Both the position numbers and the translations under genes were made by a program. A DNA stretch of 63,200 bases, filler included, from Reclinomonas americana ATCC 50394 (lineage: Eukaryota): assembly GCA_048213135.1 (NCBI GenBank). It is 13 parts of 13 records of this genome, joined end to end, with 100 filler letters (N's around TTAATTAATTAA, not from the genome) between each part and the next. Parts side by side here need not be neighbours in the genome. Positions count along the whole stretch, not along the records: positions 42,916 to 57,525 come from AFZH01021406.1; positions 57,626 to 59,788 come from AFZH01021407.1; positions 59,889 to 61,768 come from AFZH01021408.1; positions 61,869 to 63,200 come from AFZH01021409.1; 9 more parts are not named here. One strand, written 5' to 3'. Each line of letters opens with the position of its first letter. The stretch's first letter is position 1. A model generated the notes under the pieces. That model was given only the letters and a program-made list of their open reading frames with translations. It ran no database searches and had not been told where the DNA came from. This document shows positions 50,304 to 63,200 of this stretch, piece by piece.

Positions 50304-50733
50304 CTCTCTCTCTTCTCTCTACCTTACTGGCCATGGCACCATATCCACGCTTGGAGAAGCTCTCCGCAGCACGCGCAGGCGCCGCAGCAGCAGTGTACGC
50401 ACCCGGTCCCGGATTCTCATCCTGTCACACCCAGTCAGCTCCCTCCGTCTCTCTCTCTCTCTTGGCCTCATTAACACACGCAATGATGCACCTCACTGTA
50501 CTGAAATCGCTCTGTGCGTCCCAGAAACCCGTCGGCCTCCTTGTACTGATTCGTGTTGAGCACGGTCTCGTACTTGGACGGAATCGAGGCTGTCGCCCGT
50601 CCAATCGGCACATAACCTGCAACCAAACAGTGAGACAAGCATAACACACACACACACTCTCTCTCTTGTTTGTCTGTGTGAGCGTACCCTTCCTGATCCG
50701 CCCTGTGGACGATCCGCGAGGCCGCTCTGTCAT
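49212..50733 (-). CDS. SHIPPO/sperm-tail PG-rich repeat protein (STPG1/ODF3-like)
   Basis: Repeated PGPG(E/T/A/V)Y and PGPAYY motifs; SIPSKYET...GFLGRTERF N-terminal motif. Confidence 0.8.
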
Positions 50734-50841
50734 GGTGTGCGGAAAAGAAAACGTACGCGAGCAATGTCCACGGGACAAACGCGGAAAATCACTACCTCTT
50801 TCGTGTGTGTGTGCGCGCGCGTGTTATCCCTTTCCTCTACA

Positions 50842-53736
<2,895 letters not shown>

Positions 53737-53942
53737 GCATGCACACTGCTCCACCCCCCGACTGTTCGATTGTTGTTCTTTTTCCACCCTCTCCACTCTT
53801 TGGTCCTTTCGGCCGCAAAGAAAACACGAAACGCCATTCTTCGATGCTGACAGGCAGAGTAAAATGGTGATGCGCACACACACACATACGTCCTTCCGTC
53901 CATCGCTGTCCTGTCGGAAGATTGTCGATCCTCAATCCTCGC

Positions 53943-54188
53943 ATGCGGAGCGACGTGCGTCAGGTGTACAAGACGCTGCTCTTCATGCTCCGCGAGTACC
54001 CGGGCGGTGTGAGTGGCAACCGGGAGCGCCTGCAAGCGGCCTTCCGCAAGCAGAGCGCGTTGAGCGGCGAGAAGGAGATCAGCGCTGCTGTGGATCGCGG
54101 ATGGTTTGTGGTGCGTGAGCTGGAGGCACTGCATTACCTCAAAAAGTACCGCACCCTGCGGCAGAGATATGCCACCGAGGAGTCATAG
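53943..54188 (+). CDS. ETFRF1: LYR-motif protein, ETF regulatory factor 1 (LYRM5)
   Basis: VRQVYKTLLFMLREYP...RGWFVVRELEALHYLKKYRTLRQRY; the exact start may lie upstream. Confidence 0.85.
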   Translation: MRSDVRQVYKTLLFMLREYPGGVSGNRERLQAAFRKQSALSGEKEISAAVDRGWFVVRELEALHYLKKYRTLRQRYATEES

Positions 54189-54245
54189 CGTTGTAAAACA
54201 AAAAAAGCCACGTTGCAGCATTCATTGTGTGTGATGTGTGATCAG

Positions 54246-55482
54246 CTAGCTTCTTGACATTCTCCGTGGTCTCCTTAGCGGTGAGCTGCCGACCTCGAGT
54301 GGGACTTGATACATGTCCTTGATTTCGGTTGCGTCGAGCTCGCTCTCGGAGGAGGATGCCGACGGTGACGAGCACGAGTCGCGGTCGAGATCGCGGAAGC
54401 TGTTGGATCGTGAGCTGCCGCGTGAGCTGGCGTACTCGATCACCGACACTGACTCGGAGAAGCGCACGCTGCGACTCAGTAGGGACGACTGGCGAGAGGA
54501 GGAGTCAGTGGCGAGAGGGGAAAGGGAGCTCGAGGTTCTGTGCAACACACTCACCGATCTCCGGACGCTGGTGAGCGACGGATACTTGGCGGGCATGGGA
54601 CTCCTGGAGCCTCGCCTTGAGCTGAGGATCGACTCTGGTTGCGTGCCACCCTCGTTGTCGTGCTGACGCGGCGGGTGGCCTCGTGTCAATTCCGAGAGTG
54701 GTGCGGCGGTTCTGTGATTTGGAGGGAGTGAGCGCTGTGTGGTTGATACGCAGACTGACAAACGCACACACGTGCGTACGCAACGAGTGCTTTGGTTTTC
54801 TGGGCACACGTGCCTGCCCGCTGCCTTCCAGCGCCGCTGCGGCTCTGTCGATGCCGTTGCTGACCACGTCGGTCAGGGGAGCTGACCGGCTCGGACGCCG
54901 CCTTGGTGACGACGAAAAGTTACCGACCAGTGCCGCAACGCTCTGCTGTTGCTGTCGTGGTGACTGCGAGACCGCCAGTGCAGTCGACGATCTCCTTCCT
55001 CGCGTTGGCGAAGCAGCCGCACGAGGCGATCCGTGTCCCTCCGCAGCCCCACCAATGATACGCGCGGCGGCGGCCTCGGCCGCCATCTGCCTCACCGATG
55101 CCTTGGGCGAACCCAGCGCACTTCCATCCGTGTACAGTGCCTCGTCGGTCACATTGTAGGCAGATCCACGCGCAGCAGTCACCGCGGCCATGATCTCCTC
55201 CATGTCGGCATCGGTGCTCCCATCGTCCATCAGCTTGTTGCGGGCCACGATGGAGTTGCGCTTCATGGAGCGTGTGGATCCTGGTGAACGTATGGCCGCT
55301 GCAGCTGCGGGTGATCCCACACGAGGAGAGTTGCTGCGCGAGGCCTCCTTTGCCTGCTGGTGTAGTACACGAGCGGCCAGTGACACCATGGTCCCATGGG
55401 CAGACTTGGTCGCCGGCAACAACGATGCGGTTGCTGCTGCGGCTCCTGGAGGCGCGACCACGACTGAAGCCCCACAGCCCAT
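54246..55482 (-). CDS. Hypothetical low-complexity protein with N-terminal MGCGAS acylation motif, 2 exons
   Basis: Two long overlapping ORFs joinable by an intron; MGCGAS start. Confidence 0.55.
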
Positions 55483-55878
55483 CGACACTCACACACACAC
55501 TCTCTCTCCCCTGTGCACTCGAGATATCAGTTTTGTCGTTTCTGTTTGTGCAGGGGCACGTGCCCGTGTAATCAAAGTTTTTCAACATTGCTCACGCACC
55601 TGTTCTCTGGTGTTTTCTCGCTGAGAGGATGGCGCGCGCGTTGGCACTAGTTTGTAATAATCGTTCTGTGCGCGATTCAAAAAACGAGCGACTTTTCAGG
55701 CACACTGAATGCCTTCTCTCGCTGTGTGCAATAAACTAATCGAAAAACCGACATTAGACGAAAAAGGAAAGAATTTCGTTTGTGTCATTCTTTCATTCGT
55801 CCTCCGGTTGCAGGCGCTCGCTCGCCACCCGCGCACATACGTCCTTCTCTCTCCTTCTCTTTTCTTCGTCGGCTTCGA

Positions 55879-57525
55879 TTATCCCTCGTACCTGATGAGG
55901 TACAAACACAAAACACCAGTCAGAAACAACAAAAAGATGCACGATATCAATAGAGTTCTGCACGCAACATCTTGGCGTCGCTCTCCAGGCGCTTCATGTC
56001 GGCAACCTTTCGCACGGCCTGCGGAGAGCACAAGTCAGTCAGTCAGCTAGCCAGTCACTGACAAGATGATGGTTGTGCGAACCTTCATGAAGTCCTCCTC
56101 CACGCAGTACGCACGACGGGCACGAATGGCAAACATGCCGGCTTCGGTGCACACGTTGCGCAGATCGGCACCGTTGAATCCGTCCGAGAGCTTCACCACA
56201 CCCTCAAAGTCTGTTCTCTCACACGTGAGAGACGCGCCCTGACAACGCAAATCAAAATAAAAAAACTGTGTCGTAGGCGTACCAATGTCGCCCTTGGTGG
56301 CGATCTTGGAGGAGTGGATCTTGAGGATTTCCAAGCGGCCCTGCTCGTTCGGCAATGGGATCTCCACTTTTCGGTCAAGACGGCCCGGGCGAAGCAGGGC
56401 CGGATCGAGCACGTCGGGACGGTTGGTGGCCATGATGACCTTGACGGCGCCGAGTGTGTCAAAGCCGTCCATTTGATGCAACAGCTGCGGGAGGGGTGCG
56501 CGGGTGAGAACGACGACGACAGCGACCACGAATGTGCAACGCTCCGCATTACCTCCATCAGCGTGCGCTGAATTTCACGATCGGCCGAGGTGCCTTCGGA
56601 GAAGCGGCGACCACCAATGGCATCGATTTCGTCCATGAAGATGATGCACGGCTGTGTGGACCCCGGTCAGCGACGGGAAGCGCGAACTGACAGCGACGCA
56701 TACTAACAACACACCTGGTGCTCCTTGGCATACGCAAACATCTCACGAATGACACGCGCACTCTCGCCAATGTACTTGTCCACAATGGCCGACGACACGA
56801 CCTTCATGAAGTTGGCCTCCACCGAGTTCGCCACGGCTCTGCGCACACGCTTGAGTCACACACATATGCATACACACAATATACGCTGCGACCGCAAAGA
56901 GACCTTGCCAGCAGCGTCTTGCCAGTGCCGGGCGGACCGTACAACAGCACACCCTTTGGCGGCTTGATTCCCACACGCGTGAACAGCTCGGGGTTGATCA
57001 GCGGCAACTCAATGACCTTTGTTTCCCCCGAAAACACACACACACACACCCTTGGTGAGCAGCAGCAGGATACAACACCCTTTGGCTGGCCACTCACCTC
57101 GCGCAGCTGACGAATCTGCTCGCCCAGACCGCCCACGCCCGAGAAATTCGCGTCACCCGGGCTCTCATGCAGCATATTGAAGACCAGCGGGTCGACCTCG
57201 CGCGGCAGCACACGCATGATGGTCAGTGTGGTAATGTCGAGTGCCACACGCGCTCCATTGGTGAGCTTCTCGCGCTTCACTCTCGGGCGGCAGCCGACTA
57301 CATAACGCGGCCCGCTCGATGACTTGACAATGAACTGTAGCGAGAGAGACAAGCGAGTGAGCGACATAGAGACAAGAGAGAGAGACAAGAGACAAGACCT
57401 TGTCCTCATCGAGCTGTCGCAAGACTTCGCCAATCATTTGACCCACTGACTGCAACGCCTTCAAGTCGTCCTCGGTCTTGTCAAACTCCTTCTTGGCACC
57501 GTTCACACGATTGCGCACTGTGAGA
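55879..57525 (-). CDS. PSMC6: 26S proteasome AAA-ATPase subunit RPT4 (5' end in gap)
   Basis: [100 protein letters not shown]. Confidence 0.96.
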
Positions 57526-57625
57526 NNNNNNNNNNNNNNNNNNNNNNNNNNNNNNNNNNNNNNNNNNNNTTAATTAATTAANNNNNNNNNNNNNNNNNNN
57601 NNNNNNNNNNNNNNNNNNNNNNNNN

Positions 57626-60600
57626 TTTTCGTGTATCGTGCAGGCACTTGCCAGTCTGACCAAGAAGTACGAGACCATCACCGACTCGTTGATGTCGATC
57701 GAGCTGCTGGTCGACGGCAAGATGACAGGACGCAACCCCCTGCTGCAGTCGTACTATGGGCACTGGGAGAAGCGTGTCTTCCGTGCACTCTGCAAGGTGG
57801 GCTGTTTGTTTTGGCAACCTCTCCACCTCCTGTTTCCTCACGGCCAGCCCCCCGCTGCGTACAGATGGTCATCAACAGCCTGAGCAAGATGCACCAGTAC
57901 GTGAGACGCAGTAGCAAGGAGTTGCCGCTGTTCCGTGCTGTGCTCGAGCTGAGTCCGCCCGATGTGTTGGTGGAGCCGACAAAGGAGGACATGGAGCGAG
58001 TGCTTCGCCGCATTCCGGACAAGATCATTGAGAGCACGAAGCAGTTCGTGCGATGGATGCGCGGCACTTGCATTCCGGTGACGCAGGGCCAGATCGAGGC
58101 CGAGAACATGGGCGACGATGACGACACGCTGGCCGCAGTCACCTTCTTCCCCGACATCCAGTTGACGCCGCAGATTTCCAAGCGCCGCCGTGTGGTGCAA
58201 AAGTCCATGTCGTACGCTGTCAATGCCATTGAGCAGATGCGTGCCAAGTGGAAGAAGCACTTTTCGTTGTTCTGGACGCAAGACAGGGTGAGTGGTGGTG
58301 GTGGCAGTGTGTCGTGATCTTGCGATGGTGACCTGATGTGTGACTCGACTGCAGAACATGACGGCCGACAACTACAACATGGAGATTCGACAGGCCATTG
58401 TCGAAGGCCGCAAGTCGCTGGGCGAGTCGGCCGATCTCGAAAAGGATCCACCTCTCATTCCGCTCACGGTTTGTGAATGTCTTTCTTTTCTTTTGTGTGT
58501 GCTTGTCGTCGTCTCACATTCGCTCTTGTGTAGCAATTCGAGAGTGAGTTCCTGGATCTGGAGGGCTTCTCGCACCAACTCGATCACTACTCCAAGATCG
58601 AAGTGGTCAATTTCATCAGCGTGGACCGTGAGAAGCTGATGGAGGCCATTCACGCGCAAGTGCGCAGCTGGATTGTCGCCTACGGTTGGTTGAACGTTGA
58701 AAGAGTGGCTTTTTTGTCCTGCTTTCGTAGTGTTGCTCACTGCTCTCATTGGTGTAGGCAAGCATGTGCGTGATGCAGCACAGGCGCTGGCGGTGTTTAT
58801 CGAGGACCAGATCCGCGAGTTCAGCGACAACCTCGCCCGACCCACCAACGAGGTCGACGAGCTGGAGTTTGTGCTGAACGTGTTGGCCGGTGTCAAGGAG
58901 CGCGCCATGGAGGTCGAGATGAAGTTCAAGAACGTGCTGGATGCGTACGACTTGCTCAACGCGTACAATGTACCGTTTGACGCGGAGGAATTCGAGTTTG
59001 CCGTGGCGCTGCCCGACAAGTGGATGCAGCTGTTGGACGACGCCGAGGATTTGCAGAATCGACTGGCACCCATCAAGGAGCAATTCAAGGATGTTGCGTC
59101 TGCCAAATGCCTGTCGTGCGCTGACTTGTGTGCGTCACGTGCCTGACCTGTGTGACCTGTTGGTTTCGTGCAGACAACTCGCGTCGAGGCGAGCAAGTTC
59201 CACGCCGAAGTCAAGGCGTTCCGGCAAAAGTTCTTCGAGCACGGCCCGGGTGTGGGTGAGGTCAATCTCGATGGTGGACTGGAGAAGATGGAGTGGTACC
59301 GCACCGAGTTGGCCCGCCTGCAAGAACTCAAGTGCGTCCCACACTCAACATACAGTGTGTGTGTGTGCGTGCTTGCAACTCACTGTCGTGTATCGGTTGT
59401 CGTGAATCAACAGGGACAAGAACAGCAAGTCGGAGCGCCTGTTTGACCTCGAGGTCACCGAGTATCCCGAGTTGATCGAGGTGTCCAACAACATGGAGAA
59501 GCTCAGCAAGATGTACGACGTGTACGCCAGCTGGAAGGTGTGTGTCTCCTCTTTCACTCCTGACCAATCCGCGCCTATTCGGACGCTGACGAATGCCGTT
59601 TCTCTCCCACGATGTGCAGAGTACCCTTGAAAAGTGGTCGCGCACGCTGTGGTCCGAGGTCAACATTGAGGAGATGATGCGCGGCACGCAGTCGTTCATC
59701 TCCAACATGAGCAAGAGTGCCGATCTGAGACCACTGCGCACGCACCACATTTACAAAGCCATTGACGATGCCATCAAAGCGTGCGTTANNNNNNNNNNNN
59801 NNNNNNNNNNNNNNNNNNNNNNNNNNNNNNNNTTAATTAATTAANNNNNNNNNNNNNNNNNNNNNNNNNNNNNNNNNNNNNNNNNNNNCCCGCCGGTCCT
59901 GCCGGTACGGGCAAGACGGAGAGTGTGAAGGATCTGGCCAAGGCCATGGGCCTCATGTGCGTCGTCTTCAACTGCGGCGAGGGTCTGGACTACAAGGCCA
60001 TGGGCTCCATCTTCTCCGGTCTGGCGCAATCGGGCGCCTGGGGCTGCTTTGACGAGTTCAACCGCATTGAGCTGCCGGTGCTCTCTGTCGTCTCCAATCA
60101 GATTCAGAAGATTCAGTCCGCGCTCGGCCTGGGCCAAGAGATGTTCCACTTCGAGGGCCACTACATTCGCCTGAACCCGAAGATGGGTATCTTCATCACC
60201 ATGAACCCCGGCTACGCCGGCCGTGTGGAGTTGCCCGACAACCTCAAGGCCCTCTTCCGCCCGTGCACCATGGTCGTGCCCGATCTGGAGATCATTTGCG
60301 AGATCATGCTTCTCTCCGAGGGCTTCACGCAAGCTCGCGTGCTGGCGCGCAAGATGGTGACGCTGTACTCGCTGGCCCGCGGTCAGTTGTCCAAGCAGCA
60401 CCACTATGACTGGGGCCTCCGTGCCCTCAAGGCCGTGCTGGTGATGGCCGGCTCGCTGAAGCGGTTCGCCATTCCGCCCCTCCCTGTATGTCACTTGCTG
60501 CCGCACGCATTGCTTACCTCGTACTCCGCTGTCGCAGGTCGGCGCCCAATCTCTCCGAAGACGTCGTGCTCATGCGCGCTCTTCGTGACATGAACGCGCC

Positions 60601-63200
60601 CAAGTTTGTGTTCGAGGACGTGCCACTCTTCCTCGGTCTCATTGACGATCTGTTCCCGGGTCTCAAGGTCGACCGTGTGACCCACGAGGCCCTGACGGTC
60701 GCCATCACCAAGGCCCTGCAGAGCAAGAACTACCAGGTGCTGGCGAATCAGGTCGACAAGATCGTGCAGCTGTACGAGACCATGCTCACGCGCCACACGA
60801 CAATGGTCGTCGGTCCAACTGGCGGCGGCAAGTCCGTGGTCGTGCAGACGCTGGCTGACGCGCAGTCGGCTCTCGGCTACAAGACCAAGCTTTTCACCAT
60901 CAACCCCAAGGCCCAGACTGTGCTGGAGTTGTACGGCGAGCTTGATCCGCACACTCGTGACTGGAAGGACGGTTTGCTGTCCAACATTTTCCGCCGCATG
61001 AACAACACTCCGTTCGAGTCTGACTCGGAGCGCCGGTGCGTCTCACTCTCTCTTTCTGCTGTTTGTGCACATGCTCTAGTTACTCATGCTGTGTGCGTTT
61101 TTCTCAGTTACATTGTGTACGACGGTGATGTGGATGCCGTGTGGGTGGAGAACATGAACTCGGTCATGGACGACAACAAGCTGCTCACGCTGCCCAACGG
61201 CGAGCGCATTCAGCTGCGCTACCCGCAGGCTTGCATGCTTTTCGAGGTCGGCGACTTGCAGTACGCCTCGCCCGCGACAGTCAGTCGCTGCGGTATGGTG
61301 TACGTCGACCCGAAGAACCTCAACTACCAGCCGTACGTGTGGAAGTGGTTGACGGCGCGCCAGAATGCCGACCAAGTCAATTCATTGCGCCTCATGTTGG
61401 ACAAGTACTTGGACGTGACGATTGCGTTTGTGCTGGAGGGCAAGATGCCGAATGGTATGTAGTTGTGTATGCTCCCCTCGTTTTCTTTATGTTTTGCTCA
61501 CTCGTGCATGATTTTCTGCCTCGCTGCAGGCGACATTGGCCCGAAGCTCAAGCTGTGCCTGCCGTACACCAATCTCAACATGACGACGCAGCTGTGCTCG
61601 CTCATCGACATGGTGCTGCCTCGCGACTGCGACATTGTCGAGCAGCGCCGCATCGAGTGCGTGATCATTTTCTGCATCACGTGGTCGGTCGGCGCCTGCA
61701 TCATTGGCGACGACCGCAAGAAGTTCGACGAGCTCATCCGCCAGACATGCGGTTGGTTGACGGTGGATNNNNNNNNNNNNNNNNNNNNNNNNNNNNNNNN
61801 NNNNNNNNNNNNTTAATTAATTAANNNNNNNNNNNNNNNNNNNNNNNNNNNNNNNNNNNNNNNNNNNNCCGCCTCATCTCTGTGCCCGACAAGAACATGG
61901 TGCTAAAGGAGGCACACCGACTGGTCGACCAGTTCTACCCCGATCTGACCAACTTTGTGATGGTGGATCCGCTGGTGTTTGGCGACTACCTGCATGCGGT
62001 GGAGGCTCCTGGTGAGCCGCGGTTGTACAAGGAAATGGGCAGCTTCGCCGCCGTCAAGCCAGTGGTGGAGGAGTTCCTGGACCAGTACAATGCCGAAAAT
62101 CAGGTACGCCGCCCGGTGTCAACAGCAGCATGACGAGGAGGCGAAGCGATTGTTCCTCACCCTTTTTGTGTTTTTTCTCCCTCTTGTCGCAGCGCATGAA
62201 CTTGGTCATGTTCGAGGACGCGCTCGACCATCTCAACCGCCTGGTGCGTGTGTTGAGCATGAACCGCGGCAACTCGCTGCTGGTCGGCGTCGGCGGTAGC
62301 GGCAAGCAGAGTCTGACCAAGCTCGCCACCTACATCAACGGGTACACGCGCTTCGAGATCATTCTCTGCCGCGGCTACAACGAGCAGAACTTCCGCGACG
62401 ACCTGAAGCGGCTGTACAAGATGCTCGGCGAGGAGGGCAAGAAGGTCACCTTCTTGTTCACCGATGCGCACGTGGTCGACGAGGGCTTCCTGGAGCTGAT
62501 CAACAACATGCTCACCTCGGGCATGGTGCCTGCGCTGTTTGCCGATGACGAAAAGTCGGCGATTGTGAATGGCATTCGCGGTGAGGCCATGGCGGCTGGT
62601 GCAGTCGACGTGTGGGGCCACTTTGTCAACAAGTGCCGCGACAACCTGCACATTGTGTTGGCCATGAGTCCTGCCGGCGATACGCTTCGTCGTCGCTGCC
62701 GCAACTTCCCCGGTCTCGTCAACAACACCGTCATTGACTGGTTCATGCCGTGGCCGGAAGATGCGCTGTACGCCGTGTGCTCGCGCTTCTTGGAGGAGGA
62801 GAAGCTGGACGAGAGCAACCGCGAGAACATCTACCGCCACATGGTCATGGTGCACTCGTCGGTGACCAAGGCGTCGCTCGAGTTTGCGCAGCGTCTCCGT
62901 CGCCACAACTACGTCACGCCCAAGAACTTTTTGGACTTTATCCAGAACTACCGCAAGATGCTGACCGCCAACCAGCAGGTGAGAGAGAGAGAGAGAGAGA
63001 GTCCGCTGCAGACGCGCTCAAACACACACACTCACTGACACACGCACATGTACTACTAATAGGTCATTCAATTGCAATGCGAGCGTCTGGAGGGCGGTCT
63101 GGCCAAGCTCGACGAGACAGCCGCCGCCATTCTGGTGCTGCAAGGCGAACTGGAGGTCAAGAAGGTCATCTTGGAGGAGAAGACCTCGATCAACGACGCG
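57626..63200 (+). CDS. DNAH10: Axonemal inner-arm dynein heavy chain 1-alpha (DNAH10-like), partial, spans gaps
   Basis: P1 [28 protein letters not shown]2 [23 protein letters not shown]4 [24 protein letters not shown]; tail exons upstream. Confidence 0.85.

Noticed and set aside
50765..50780. GTCC-ACG-GGAC palindrome as an RFX X-box between two ciliary genes
   Set aside because: It does not match the X-box consensus well enough; a single short instance.
56370..56400. Wholesale CGN-to-Cys codon reassignment suggested by the Cys-like ACG tRNA
   Set aside because: Invariant Arg residues of RPT4 ([10 protein letters not shown]) use CGC, CGT and CGA, and dynein FNRI uses CGC; the code looks standard.

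Overview
Draft-assembly window from an intron-rich, GC-rich, flagellated eukaryote (protist-like; lineage not identifiable from the sequence). It has 13 contig pieces joined by 12 artificial 100-nt linkers (N44-TTAATTAATTAA-N44). Several genes run across the linkers in the correct order, so the pieces appear scaffolded. Positions 1-15.5 kb hold three tandem minus-strand paralogues of an unrecognised protein with a candidate NLS, built from a repeating 5-exon, ~235-aa module, with visible unit shuffling. The rest is a compact gene array: a histidine-phosphatase-family protein, an OCA1/SIW14-type phosphatase, a PH-domain protein, a giant secreted S8 protease-SUEL lectin-EGF protein, a class III CoA-transferase, a Q-rich PAS-like protein, a DHH/DHHA1 phosphoesterase, tRNA genes (ACG x2; GCA, present twice across a contig overlap), a DUSP11-like pseudophosphatase, a 3-repeat WD40 ORF, SmB, a CLN3-like transporter, STPG1-like, calcyphosin-like, LYRM5/ETFRF1, RPT4 and axonemal dynein DNAH10. 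Most notable: (1) the shuffling repeat-protein family; (2) an array of in-frame alternative last exons carrying the DHHA1 GGGGH motif; (3) an anticodon-shifted tRNA pair (ACG/GCA) flanking a ~4-kb island; (4) a recurrent +1-shifted GTTGCGT class of 5' splice sites plus GC donors. All exon structures were inferred by eye, and family calls are by motif recognition, not database search.
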